Shown: positions 11,962 to 24,545, counted from the first letter of the stretch. The stretch: DNA of 64,000 nucleotides from Cetorhinus maximus (GCF_964194155.1 NC_135887.1:63798001-63862000), one strand, 5' to 3'. Notes: generated from the sequence alone by a model not told the origin. Translations and numbers: made by a program.

Positions 11962-12819
11962 TGTTCCAACCGAGATGGGAGGAGTGCACTGTCTGTCTCT
12001 AGTTCCAACACTCCACTGGTCACAACATATATTTAAATGATTTCTCCAGCTAGCTATACGGCCAAATATGTGCTTTCCCTATTCATCTCAGAATGACTAC
12101 TCAATGCCTAGGTTTATTCAATAAACAACAAAATTAATAGTTTATTATAAAACCAGACTTGTCAAGTAGAAAGGCGCACACTCTCATACAAACCACCACC
12201 CCCCCACCCAGCAACCAAAAAGTAATAAAATGAAATAGAGGAATTCTGCCAAAAGATTAAAAGTCAATGGTTCAAGGGAGAATGATAGATGGTGGAGTCC
12301 TTGAAATGGCGTCCAGATTAGATGGTTGCTTTCTCAACACTGGTCTGCGAAACAATCGATGACTCTTGCACTACTTTTCGGGCAGACTCGAGGAAAACTT
12401 GAAGACACTCAATTTCCGAACAAAGTGACTTCGGAGCAAATGCCATTCACCCTCTGCTTTGGACTGAGTCTAGAGCTTCAGGAGCTGGTGTGTCTTTATC
12501 CAAGCAGTTGATTTCTGTTTTTTCTCCTCCAGAGCAAAAACCAGCTTTTAAACACAGTTTTCAAAGCAGTTTTTTCCCAAAGCATAAACCACCATGTGAC
12601 CCTTTAGTAAACGGTCCATCAGGGTCAAGGGGTTTCCAGTTTCTTTAAAACTGCTTAATTGCCTTTTCTTGTAAATACTGTCTTTTCCAGGAACATCAAC
12701 AACCAGAGCCCTTGCATTAACCCTTTAAAGGACAGTGTCTTTTATAAAATACAAATTCTTCCAGAATGTTTTAAGTCCTTGAAAATGAACCATTTCCTGT
12801 GATTAAAGTGTTTATGACA
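11962..12819 (-). mobile_element. Solo LTR (same family as 32439..33281)
   Basis: TG...CA termini; TSD TGAT/TAAT; colinear similarity to 32439..33281 along its length. Orientation is inferred. Confidence 0.85.
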
Positions 12820-13009
12820 TAATGTAATGTTGACTTGAATCACAATTTGTAAATTGTCTAGTTGGGAAGTTGAAACAGTACTAGAGAAATTAATGGACGC
12901 AAATGGAAAGCCCTCCAAACATGGAAGAGGGAGGCACAATTGATGAACATGATGCCTCTTGCACTTGCTGCTGCCAATTTAGTGTGGCGGCCTGAGAATA
13001 TGGTGCAGC

Positions 13010-15990
13010 AAAGAGTTAGTGAGTGGATCCAGAGGAACAGTGTATACAGACAGAGTTAGTGAGGGGATGCAGAGGGACAGTGTACATGGGACAGCATTAG
13101 TGATGGGATCCAGAGGGACCGTGTGTATGAGACAGGGAATTAGTGAGGAGATCCAGAGGGACAGTGTACATGAGACAGAATTAGTGAGGGGACCCACATG
13201 ATACAGGGATTTAGTGAGGGGATTCAGAGGGACAATGTACACGAGGCAGGAAGTTAGTGAAGGGATCCAGAGGGACAGTGTACACAAGACGGAGTTAGTG
13301 ACGGGACAGAGGGACAGTGTACACCAGACATAGATAGGAAGGGGATCCAGCGGGGCAGTGTACATGAGATAGGGAGTTAGTGAGGGGATCCAGAGGGGCA
13401 GTGTACATGAGATAGGGAGTTAATGAGGGAATCCAGAGGGACAGTATACACAAGGCAGGGAGTTGGGGGATCCAGAGGGACAGTGTCCAAGATATAGGGA
13501 GTTAGTGAGGAGATCCAGAAGGACAAAGTACACGGGGCAGAGTTAGAGAGGGGATCTAGGGGGAAAATGTACAAGATATAGGGAGTTAGTGAGGGAATCC
13601 AGAGGGATAGTGTGCATGAGACAGAGTTAGTGAGGGAATCCAGAGAGACAGTGTACACGAGAAAGAATTAGTGAGGGGATCCAGAGGGACAGTGTGCATG
13701 AGACGGTTAGTGAGGGGATCCTTATCACAGGCCCTTATGACAGATGTCAGGTAGAAAATACAATTGAGAATCAAGAGAAATACAGAAGGTTCAGAGGTGA
13801 GGTGAAAAAGCATGTTAGAGAAGTGAAGAGGGATTATGAGAAAAGACTGGCAGCCAACATCGAGGGGAATCCCAAAGTCTTTTATAGGCACATAAAGAGT
13901 AAAAGAATGGTAAAAGGAGGAGTAGGGCTGATTAGGGACCTAAAGGAATTTATACATGGACGAAGGGGCCATGGCTGAGGTATTGAACAAACACTTTGCG
14001 TCTTTACCAAGGTGGTAAATGCTGCCCAGGCCTTGGTGACAGATGAGGAAACTCTGTCACTAGAAGGGTTCAAAATTGAAAAGGAGGAAGTGTTGAATGG
14101 ACCGTCGGCACTTAAAATTGACAAGGGGCACTGGGACTGGACGAAATGAATCCAAGGATATTGAAGGAAATGAGAGTTGAAATTTCAGGGCACTGCCAAT
14201 AATCTTTCAGTCTTCCCGAGACACAGGGGAGGTGACAGATGACTGGAGAGGTGCAAACGTTACTCCCTTGTTCAAAAAAGATTGTAAGGATAAGCCCAGA
14301 AATTTCAGACCAGTCATTTTAACTTCAGTGGTGGAAAGATTCTAGAAACAATTATTCGGGATATAATTAGTAGTACATGGAAAAATATGGGTTGATAAGG
14401 AAGAGCCAGCATGGATTTCTAAAGGAGAACTCATGTTTAACTAACTTTCTGTAGTATTTTGAATAAGTAACAGAAAAGGTCGATGAGGGTAATGATGTTG
14501 ATGTAATGTACATGAACTTTCAAAAGGCATTTGATACAGTGCCACACAACAGACTTGTGAGAAAAATTATTGCTCATGGAATAAAAGGGACAGTAGCAAC
14601 GTGGATACAAAATTAGCTGAAAAATAGGAAACAGAGTCATGGTCAATGGATATTTTTCAGACTGGAAGAAGGTTTGTAGTGGAGTTGCCCAGGGGTTGGT
14701 ATTGGGACCCTTACTTTTTCTGATATATATTAATGATCTAGATCTTGGTGTGCAGGGGACAATCTCAAAGTTTCCGGATGACACGAAGCTTGGGAGTGTT
14801 GTAAACTGCAAGGACAGTGTAGAACTTCAAAAGGACGTAGACAAGTTGGTGGAGTGGGCAGATAGGTGGCAGGTGAAGTTCAAAGCAGAAAAGTGTGAGG
14901 TGATGCATTTTGGTAGGAAGAACACAGACAGAAAATATAAAATAAGGGGTGAAATTTTGAAGGGGGTGCAGAAGCAGAGGGACCTGGATGTATATGTGCA
15001 TATACATGTGCAGGATAGGTGCAGAGAGCAGTTAATAAAGCATATGATATCCTGTGCTTTATTAATAGGGTCATAGAGTACCATAACAGGGAGGTTATGC
15101 TGAATTTATATAAGACACTCGTTAAACCTGAGCTGGAGTATTGTGTACAGTTCCGAGTGCCACATCATAGGAAGGGTGTGAACACATTGGAGAGAGTGCA
15201 GAAGAGGCTTACAAGAGTGGTTCCAGGGATGAGAAATTCAGTTACAAAGATAGATTGGAGAGGTTGGGAATGTTCTCCTTGGAGAGAAGAAGGCTAAGAG
15301 GAGATTTGATAGAGATGTTCACAATCATGAGGGGGCTGGACAGGGTAGATAAGGAGAAGCTGTTCCTGCTCTTAAAAGGATCAAGAACAAGAGAGCACAG
15401 ATTTAAAGTGATTTGCAAAAGAAGCAAAGGATGAAGTGAGAAAAAACGTTTTCACACAAGTAGTTCGGGTCTGGAATGCACTGCCTGGAAATGTGGTAGA
15501 GGCAGGTTCAATCGAGGCATTCGAGAGGGCACTAGATGATTTGAATAGAAACAATGTGCAGGGGAAAAGGCAGGGCAATGGCACTAGGTCATAATACTCA
15601 TTTGGAGAGCTGGTGCAGACACGATGGGCTGAATGGCTTCCCTCAGTGCCGTTAAAATTCTGTGACTCTGGATACAGCGGGACAGTATACACGGGACAGA
15701 GTTAGTGAGGGGATCCGGAGGGACAGTGTACATGATACAGGGAGTTAGTGAAGGGAGCCAGAGGGACAGTATATACCAGGCAAAGTTAGTGAGGGGATCC
15801 AGAAGGATAGTGCACAAGAGACTGAGTTAGTGAGGGGATCCAGAGGGACAGTGTACACGATACAGAGGGTTAGTGAGGGGATCCAGAGGGACAGTCAATA
15901 GACAGAGTTGGAGAGGGTATCTAGAGGGACAGTGTGAACGAGACAGAGTTATTGAGGGGCTCCAGAGGGAGAGGTGCACGAGACAGGGGT
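13010..15990. repeat. About 42-bp minisatellite split by a CR1 insertion
   Basis: Unit GAGTTAGTGAGGGGATCCAGAGGGACAGTGTACACGAGACA(G) at 13010-13720 and 15670-15990. A remnant GTTAGTGAGGGGATC lies at about 16977. Confidence 0.9.
13722..15670 (+). mobile_element. 5'-truncated CR1 LINE
   Basis: ORFs 13694 (NPKVFYRHIKSKR), 14639 (QGLVLGPLLFLIYINDL...KFPDDTKL) and 15019 (LEYCVQF). Tail AATTCTGTGACTCT. Confidence 0.93.
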
Positions 15991-15991
15991 T

Positions 15992-16978
15992 TTAAAAATT
16001 TATTGCTTCACAGCATGTGGGTGTCACTGGCTAGGCCAGCACTTTTATTGCCTGTCCCTGATTGCCCTTGAGGCAGTGGTGATGAATTGCTGTAAGAGTT
16101 TTAGATTCAAGACCACAGATACGTAAATAGGCAGCCGCCTATTGATAAGTAATTTTAAGATGATTTATTAAATGATTAAGAAGCAGTAGTTTAGATATAC
16201 ATTAAGTAATTAATCAGAGAAAGGTATACGACCTGTTACAGTGAGAGCGGTTTACTGATCTAGGAGGGCAGGCAAATGGCTGGCGCTTTGTTTGTTGATC
16301 TCATCTTCGTCGTCCTCCTCGTCCATTCTGAAGAAGGCAGCTACTGATGAGTATTGCACTCTCACCACGACACCCGCAGTATCTCACGTGGACCTCTCGA
16401 GCATCTCCACAGCACCTCAGCCCCAGCACCTCGGCCCTCTATCACCAGCATGACACCGACTTATATACCCTTATTTGGGGGCTGGTAGCTTACCCAGTGT
16501 CAATTATCTATCTAACTATTCTGACCAATAGACAAAGGACAGGTACTCTATGTGTCAGGGTGGTTACCACCCCCACCTTTGTGCATCACCCTGCTTGAGG
16601 TCAGCTTTTTACATCTCGCTGAGGGTCATATCCTGGCCTTTTCTAAACACTAGGGAGATAAGCGGGTGCACAGGACATCATCTAACAACTCAGGAATGTC
16701 AACATGGCAGCTTGAACTAAGCCTGTTTAGAGGTCAAAGTGTTTAGAAATCCTCTTTCCAGAAAGAAAATCAATGCTGCTTAGCTAATCTCATAAAATGC
16801 AGAAAATACCCGTCTATTAAAGATCCCAATTTCTGACACCACCGCCTTGAACTGGTGCAGACCCTGTGGTGTAGTGCTGTTAGGAAGGGAGTTCCAGGAT
16901 TTTGCTCCTGCGACTTTGAAGGAACGGCGATATCCTTCCAAGATAGGATGCTGTGTGACTTGGAGGGGAACTTGCAGT
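15992..16978 (-). mobile_element. 3' end of an L2/CR1-group LINE, interrupted by an LTR-like insert
   Basis: Reverse-complement match to 11275..11590 in two pieces, about 15992-16090 and 16839-16978. Confidence 0.7.
16091..16838. mobile_element. Probable solo LTR
   Basis: TGTAAG...CTGACA termini; it cleanly interrupts the LINE 3' fragment. The TSD is degenerate. Confidence 0.55.
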
Positions 16979-17772
16979 TAGTGAGGGGATCGAGGTGGGT
17001 GGGGTGCGAGAGACATTGGGAGCTGTTGGCAGGAGATAACCACTTTGCTAAGATATTGCACCTGTGGAATTTCTGAATGTGGCTGTGTACATGCCACCAT
17101 TTTGCTTGACTATCCTGCCCTGATATGTGGAGGAGGAGATAGCTGGTAGAAAGTAAAGTTCAGTGTGCCTTTGCTGTGGACCATCTGGTCTAAAGGCATT
17201 ATTGTAATTCGGCTTCTTAACCTTTTTTTTAAATTGCACTGTTGCAGTAATCCTGCACAGGCCATACTTGGGAATATGACAAGTGCTGGCCTTGCCAGCT
17301 GTGCCATGTCCCTTGAACAAATAAATAAAAAATGTCACTGTGATTAACCATGTTGTATTTAATTCCACTGGGTGAAGGTGGAATCTTTTTAGCATTAAGT
17401 CATGCAGTAATAAAACTCATGCACCCTACCCGTACTACCCTCCAGATCTCTTTACACCAGGAAAAACAGCATGCCAAATGGTTCAGACTAAAAATGACAG
17501 TTGGTGTAGTGAGTGCACTGAAGTAGAATTATTTTCCCAAGTACAGTTTGAAGTAAAATGAGGTTCAAGTGTTTAGTGCTTAGTGCTAACACTGGTTAAA
17601 GTTACACTTCCTCACAAGAATTCAAGAAAACCTAGGATTGTGGTCATCCAAAATCACATTCACATACTCCCTCCTTAAGATCAGATCAAGAGGAAGTATT
17701 GCCTCACGCATGTCTGTCTCTCATAGGTTTCATATGCTGCATAGTGCTGGAAGGGAATACATTTAAAAATGA

Positions 17773-18127
17773 AAAAAAAACGGAAAATGCTGGAAAAACT
17801 TGACTAGTCTGGCAGTATCAGTGGAGGGAGAAACGGAGTTAATGTTTCAAATCCGATATGACTCTTTGGAACTGAAGAGAGGTAGGGGGCTCTCGCTTCC
17901 TAACCAATCCTTGACCTTCTATTTTGCTCCAGCTGTCCCTCCCCTCATTTTTCAACAGCATAAAACCCATAACATTTCTATCTCTCTTCAGTTCTGAAGA
18001 ATAGTCATACGGAGTCGAAACGTTAACTGTGGTTCCCTCTCTGCAGATGCTGCCAGACCTGCTGAGTTTTTCCAGCATTTTCTGTTTTCCTTTCAGATTT
18101 CCAGCATCTGCAGTATTTTGCTTTTAC
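17773..18127 (+). mobile_element. Penelope-like element terminus (inverted plus direct pseudo-LTR) with hammerhead motif
   Basis: TSD TTTAAAAATGA (17762-17772 / 18128-18138). Inverted copy at about 17773-17875, direct copy at about 17990-18125. Confidence 0.8.
17989..18029 (+). ncRNA. Minimal type I hammerhead ribozyme motif (stem II damaged)
   Basis: CAGTT-CTGAAGA-A-TAGTC-ATACG-GAGTC-GAAA-CGT-T-AACTG: stem I is perfect, the core is canonical and stem III is the palindrome ACGT. Confidence 0.65.
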
Positions 18128-18173
18128 TTTAAAAATGAGATGTTTGTGAAATGTTCCTTCCTTTGATTTGCAG

Positions 18174-18316
18174 GTGACAAGGCTTTGGATGGCTACAGCA
18201 AGAAAAAGTATATTTGCAAACTTCTTTTCATCTTCCTCCTTGGTCATGATATTGATTTTGGTCACATGGAGGCAGTGAACCTACTTAGTTCCAATAAATA
18301 TACAGAGAAACAAATT
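18174..18316 (+). CDS. AP2A2: AP2A2-like exon 3
   Basis: (G)[47 protein letters not shown]; 143 nt; AG acceptor, GTAAGT donor. Confidence 0.97.
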
Positions 18317-18728
18317 GTAAGTAGGACAGCGGTTACTGCCTTATTGAATTTAACAGACAGAAGACTTGTTTTGCTTCTTGAATGTAGTTGGCCATAGTAA
18401 CACCAGCAGGAACACTGTCCTTTGACAGCATGGAAATGGATAGTGTTTTCAGGGAATCTTTACTTTGACAAGCCCAAGGAGGCATTTTGTGTGGATATGC
18501 TGGCCATGCTTCTTGTTAAATCTATTGGTTGTAAATGAGGAGTTGCGTAATTTAAGCTCCCATTTGTCCTATTTTCAGTCAGATTTCCAGTATCCTGTGA
18601 ATCCACATTGAATTTTTTCTCCTTTTTCTGCCTATTCATTTTTCTGCAGTGCTGTGGCTAGGGATCATATCTGGCTCCTGCTTGTGGACTTTCCTTTTAA
18701 TCAGTGCAGCCAGCAAGTACATTTGTGC

Positions 18729-18802
18729 GGCTGTTTGGCTCTGTTGGTTAGACTGTGGCGCTCATGATGCCAAAGTCTCAGGTTTGATCCTCTCAATAGC
18801 CA
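18729..18802 (+). pseudogene. tRNA-Ile(AAT)-derived retropseudogene with no poly(A) tail
   Basis: 74 nt colinear with my recalled vertebrate tRNA-Ile-AAT (GGCCGGTTAGCTCAGTTGGTTAGAGCGTGGTGCTAATAACGCCAAGGTCGCGGGTTCGATCCCC...GCCA), with many substitutions. Flanked by direct repeat AGCCAGCAAGT(A/G)CATTTGTG. Confidence 0.75.
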
Positions 18803-19019
18803 GCAAGTGCATTTGTGGTTACCACATAGAGCAGGAGCTGTTCACAGCAAGTCCCAATCACTATGCAGAAAAGGTCAAGATGGGTAAGGCTGAAGGCGAT
18901 CACCATTGGCTTCTTGGCGACTTTCTCATGCAGGGTTGGATAAAGAATAATCATCCTGTTAAGAATAGGTGTTGGCCATTTAGCTTAACTTTGGGCTTTG
19001 TGCACAAATAGCTTTTGCA

Positions 19020-19840
19020 AAGAGCTTTCAGGCTGAGGTCAGCAAGAATTATAGAATAGTTATAATGAGGGACTTTAATGATCCAAGCTGAGCTAGGCAT
19101 GGTGTTAAAGGGTGGAGAGAGGCAAGAATTTCTAGAGTGTGTTCAGGAAAATTTTCTATATCGGTATGTTTTCATTCCAAGGAAGGAGGCATCATTGGAT
19201 CAGGTTCTGGGGAAGATGCTGTGTCAATTGGGGAACACTTAGGGGACAGTCATCATTGTATCATAAGGTTTAGTTTCGTTGTAGAAAAGGACATGGAACA
19301 ATTCAGAGTAAAAAAAACTTCAACGGCATGAGAAAGGATCTGTCCTAGGTAAATTGAAATCAAAGGTTGGCAACAAAACTGTCGTGGAACAATGGGCTGC
19401 CTTTAAAGAGGAAATGGTTCAGATCCAGTCAACGTACATCCCCATGAGGAGGGAAATGTAGGGCAAACAAATCCAAAGGTCCCTGGACAATGAGAGGGGT
19501 AGAGAGTAAATAAAAGATGCATATGACACATGTCAGGTGGATAGTACAAGTGAGAACCAGACTGAACATAGGAAGTTCAGAGGGAAATTGATAAAACAAT
19601 GAGAGAAGCAAAAGAGAGTATCAGAAGAGACTGGCAGCTAATGTAACAGGGAATCTAGAAGCATATAAATAGTAAAAAGGGTGGTAAAAGGAGGAGTGGG
19701 GCTGGTTAGGTGCTTTAAAGGAAATTTGTGTGTGGAGGCATGGGACACGGCTGAGGTTTTAAATGAGTACTTTATATCTATCTTTACCAAAGACCATGAC
19801 GCTGCTCAAGTCATAGTGAAAGAGGAGGTAGTTGAGACCC
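19020..19840 (+). mobile_element. CR1 LINE ORF2 endonuclease/linker fragment
   Basis: GACTTTAAT (DFN), GEHLGDSHH, and AEVLNEYFISIFTK in ORF 19681. Confidence 0.8.
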
Positions 19841-19844
19841 TAAT

Positions 19845-20030
19845 AAAAACAGAAAGTGCTGGAAAAACTCAGTAGGTCTGACAGCATCTGTAGAGAGCGA
19901 AACAGAGTTAACGTTTCAAGTCTGTATGACTCTTCCCTGGAACTTCTCTTTGGAACAGTTCCGAAGAAGAGTCACACTGGACTCGAAACGTTAACTCTAT
20001 TTCACTCTCCACAGATGCTGGGTTTTTCCA
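19845..20030 (+). mobile_element. Penelope-derived inverted pair with hammerhead motif (19957-19996)
   Basis: Reverse copy at about 19845-19945. Forward copy AGTT-CCGAAGA-A-GAGTC-ACACTG-GACTC-GAAA-CGT-T-AACT. No clear TSD. Confidence 0.7.
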
Positions 20031-21121
20031 ACTGTGATTAAGTAAACTTCTATAGCATATTAGTGTGGGCTAATGGGGAGGTGTGGGCTGTCTTTGTGGA
20101 TGCCCTTCTGTTTGAGCTAGAGAAGACAATGGCTTGATGTTTGTTGGTACATCTGTGCTCATCTGTTTGACTCCCCCTCCCCGTGCCTGACTCTCTATGC
20201 TGCTCTCAGCCCCTCGCCCTGTCTAGGACTCGAATCTCATTCTGCCATTCTCTCACACCCAATAAATCACATACCTGTATTCCCACTGCCAACAACCTTT
20301 TTACTTCCATGTCCCCAATGCCTCAGCCTTGCCATCATGTTTTGATACTGTCCCATTGCTATCTCACACACAATCCTCTTTAATTGTCCCGAAACATGTG
20401 ATCATTCCTGCTTTCACTCTATGCCCCAGGACTTTCTCCAATGATGCCAGATCCCAAAAGCTTTCTCCTTCCCTGGTATCCTATTCCAATGTTTCAAATA
20501 CTGCAACTCTGGATTCACACATCATGGAATCCCATCCCAGCTCTTTGAGATTTCCCTATTGCTTTAAAGGTGCAGGATCACCATCCCAACATAGCTCAAC
20601 TTCCCACTGCTCCCTTGTTTTATATTCAGAGCCTGGAGAAAAAGAGAGATAAAATTAACTACACAGTTAAATGAGTTTTTAATAAAAGTCAAGGAGACTG
20701 TGAACATTATCATCAACATTCCCCTTAAGCAGTCACCAACACTCCTACAGGATTTCTACTAATAATGGCAAAGCTCTGATAATTGCACGTAAGTAAGCAG
20801 GACATCTTCTTTCTCACCGTGAGCAATGTGGCATGAAATCTGCCAATAAAAATCAATCTTTGTAAGCCAGTAAAACAATCATCAGATTAAAAAGATCTGT
20901 CATTAAATCTGAGTAATGGGCTGTCTACTGTTACTGCCTAAGAGAGTATATTCCATTATATATCTATGGGGACTGCAGGTAGCCTGTGCAGAAGACTCCT
21001 CAGCTCAGAGCTGGTGTGTTTGATAGATGCCTGAATGTGGTGATGAGTCAAGTTCTGGATGCTGTATTGCAGGTTCTGTAATTAATGTCTCCCCTCTCCC
21101 TGTCTCTTTAAATAATTGCAG

Positions 21122-21315
21122 GGTTACCTTTTCATCTCAATCTTGGTGAATTCAAACAGTAAGTTGATGCGTTTAATAAACAATGCTCTCAAGAATGACC
21201 TGGCCAGCCGCAACCCTACGTTCATGGGGCTGGCCCTGCACTGCATTGCAAATGTTGGAAGCCGGGAGATGGCAGAGTCCTTTGCTGGTGAGATTCCAAA
21301 AATACTTGTCGCTGG
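21122..21315 (+). CDS. AP2A2: AP2A2-like exon 4
   Basis: [65 protein letters not shown]; 194 nt; AG/GTAAGT. MGLAL and AGEIPK are alpha-2-type residues. Confidence 0.97.
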
Positions 21316-23356
21316 GTAAGTGTTACTGTGACAGTAAATTTCATTTTTAAAGGACAGGTTTGATACTTTGTCTGTAACACTCTGCAACAGTGCTATCGGC
21401 ATATTTATCCCAGTGCCTGTACCAGGAGCCATGAAGTCCTTATCATTGACCTCATTTTCCGTGGTCATATCATGTTGAACAAAATAAAAAGTAGTGATAA
21501 AGAGGCAGCCAGATACCTGGAATATTCCGTCCTGCATTGCTTCAGTGATCTGCTCCAAATAGCATTTGTAGTTTTAGCTAAAGTTTGGTTTTGGTTAATT
21601 CTTGCCCATTTTCTTCTCTTCACCCTCTCCTCAGTCTTTGGTGTGTGCTTAGACTATCATTCCACTGTCACTGGTGACTCCTTCCACTTGTATTTACATG
21701 TGTGAGGCCAGACATTTCAGTATATACAACTACAGTGGAGAGAGGCTGCAGGAGGCCACTCTGCTCATTCTCTCTCTCTCATTGGGAGTCACAGTGAGCA
21801 GGAGTAGGGATGCTTCTTCTCCATTATAGTGCAGGGGCATTGAGACTAACTAGCCCCCACACTTCCCTCAGATCAGTTGATGCAGAACAGACTGAGCCTG
21901 TGACCTGCTGGTCTGTATAGCTGAGTTAAATGCTGAATTTAGTAACTGAACCATCAAGTCAGCTATTAGAAAGTGATGACATTTCTCTGTATAGGATGAT
22001 GGCTTCATGTGATGCCTCTTGTATTTTCTCTGGATTGTTTCCGATTTAACCTTAAATTTAAAATTAATAATAGCACTTGCAGCTGGTGAGATATCAGCTT
22101 TTAGATAAAACTTAAATCTTTCACAACAGAGTTAAAACAGAGTGCACTTTTTTTGTGACACCATTGAATGCCTTCTGTATATTTGTAGTTGTAAAATGTA
22201 TATGTGTGTGTGGACACATGCATATATATCTATTAAATTTACCATGTACTGCTACCTCTCCATTCAAAAGGCCTAAGTCAATCATGCCTGATCTCTTCAA
22301 TGTTAATTATGACCACATCTGTACGTCATGTTTCTGCTGGGGTTTTCCCATCATTATGATGGTGTGTGACACTGTGGTTCTTCACTGCTGTACCCACCAG
22401 GTGATTGCAGAGAATAATTAGTTTGATTTCCTTCTTATCCCATTTTGGACTGTTTTTAACCTCCTCAGGTAAGTTAATATTCAATTCCTTTTTATGTCAA
22501 AGATATTGTTCTGGTGATTCCTATTTACCAGGCAATTAACTGACAGAATTACGCTGCAAGATTTCACATTTTTAAACAAAAATCAATTTTATTATATATT
22601 AAAAATATTAACTTTACACTATAGGTTACAACTGCGTATGTTCTGAATTCAGTTTCACTTTGTTACAGCTCCTCTCTTCGCCCCCCCAAAAAGAGTTCCC
22701 TTAAACATTTTTGACAATCTTGAAGATTAATTCACTTCTTTAGGGACCAACCCACAAATTATGCCACAGCCCTCTGGAATTAAATTTAATTCTCTTTAGT
22801 ATTCCAGCTATTATTCCAAGGTAACATTCTATGGGGGTCCTTCCATTAGATTTTGGCTATGTGACCCTCCACTTTTTCTTTTACAGGCTTCAAGACTGTG
22901 GATTCCTCAGCTCCTTGTTTGGGTTGTTGGCAGATATCCAACTGCCTTCCCACAGCCTTCCAAACTAACTCTGCTGACTGATTTCTGCCATAAGGCTTTG
23001 TGAGGATCACTGTAGATTTCTTCCATTAGCTGCAAACTAGAACAAATTGTCCAGCTGCTTTTCCCTCACAAAATCCAAACTAAGATAGAGCCCCATGCGC
23101 ATTCCACACAGTGAACGACAAAGTTAGTATTTTCTTGACTGGGAGTGCAGGCCTAACTGATGATCACTTCCTGTTGGCTCCCTCAATCCGTTGAGATGCA
23201 GTCAACACCAAAGCAAAGCTGCAATTGCCTCTGTCTGTTCCAAACCAAACCGCTTACTTTTTTCAGCAAGCGTGCACATATAAATTAAACAGAAGAACTT
23301 TCTAATGAAGGCTCCACCCTGAATCACTATCTCCAAGGCAACTTGGCATGCTTTGG

Positions 23357-23647
23357 AACAAAAACAAAAATACCTGGAAAAACTCAGCAGGTCTGACAGC
23401 ATCTGCAGAGAGGAATACAGTTAACATTTCGAGTCCATATGACTCTTCAACAAAGCTAAGGAAAAATAGAAAAGAGGTGAAATATATTCCACCTCTTTTC
23501 CATTTTTCCTTAATTCTGTTGAAGAGTCATACGGACTCGAAACGTTAACTGTATTCCTCTCTGCAGATGCTGTCAGACCTGCTGAGTTTTTCCAGGTATT
23601 TTTGTTTTTGTTTTGGATTTCCAGTATCCGCAGTTTTTTGCTTTTAT
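23357..23647 (+). mobile_element. Penelope-derived palindromic insertion with hammerhead motif (23512-23550)
   Basis: 15-bp TSD CTTGGCATGCTTTGG (23342-23356 / 23648-23662). 128-bp inverted arms centred at 23484/23485. Confidence 0.88.
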
Positions 23648-24261
23648 CTTGGCATGCTTTGGGATGGTTCAAACAGAAATGCAAATAAATTATTTTACCT
23701 TCAATACAACTCTTTGATTCTGTCACTGATATGAATAATGTATATCTATAATGGAGTTTTATGACCCTCTTTCCCAGAATTGCTAGCTTTTAGATTATTT
23801 ATGGAGATAACATTTGACACCCTGGCTCAACCAAGAGGAGCAGAAATGGGTCACCCATTGTTCAATTTTTTTTCATTATCAACACTGACCTTATAAATGC
23901 AGATTAATTAAACCTAGGTTTGTTTCATTTGCCTTTACATTAGGGTTGTTTATCAGTTTCTTAACCAAGCTTTTTGCAGTCATCTATAGTTAAAACTTTA
24001 ATTCTTAAAAATAAAAGTTATATTCTAAAACATACGAATTATGAATTGGATTTTCATGACAGAAGTCTCACTGTGACACTCTTGTACTCCGTTCACTTTG
24101 TGCCCGTCGATATTTAGTAACTTAATTTCAGGTCGGTGATACCATTTTATTTGTTTGCTTTTAAATTCTTGATTATTCCCCCCTCCCCTTCTATTCCCAT
24201 CTGCATGCATGACCCCTATGACACCACAACACCCCCAACCCCCCCGTATCTTTCTGCTCCA

Positions 24262-24545
24262 TGATGAATGGTATGTCGATCAAGCAGACTCTTTGTCCTG
24301 GATCATGTTGAACTTCTTGAGTGTTGTTAGAGCTACACTTGTCCAGGCAATTGGAGAGTATTCCATCACACTCATGATTTGTGCCTTGTAGATGGTGGAC
24401 AGCCTTTGGGGAGTTGGGAACTGAATTAGTCATTGCAGAATTCCCAGCCTCAGATCTGTTCTTGTGGCCACTGTATTTATATGACTGCTTCAGTTAGGTT
24501 TTTGGTCAGCAGTAACCCTCAGGATGTTGATGGTGGGGAATTCAG
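24262..24545 (-). mobile_element. LINE RT C-terminal fragment (L2/CR1 group)
   Basis: Minus strand reads LSTIYKAQIMSVMEYSPIAWTSVALTTLKKFNMIQDK. Confidence 0.7.

Noticed and set aside
18729-18802. Functional tRNA-Met(CAT) gene
   Set aside because: The body matches tRNA-Ile(AAT), the stems and B box are mutated, it is TSD-flanked, and no oligo-T terminator follows.
20220-20706. Possible solo LTR (TG...CA with AATAAA)
   Set aside because: No TSD and no second copy in the window.
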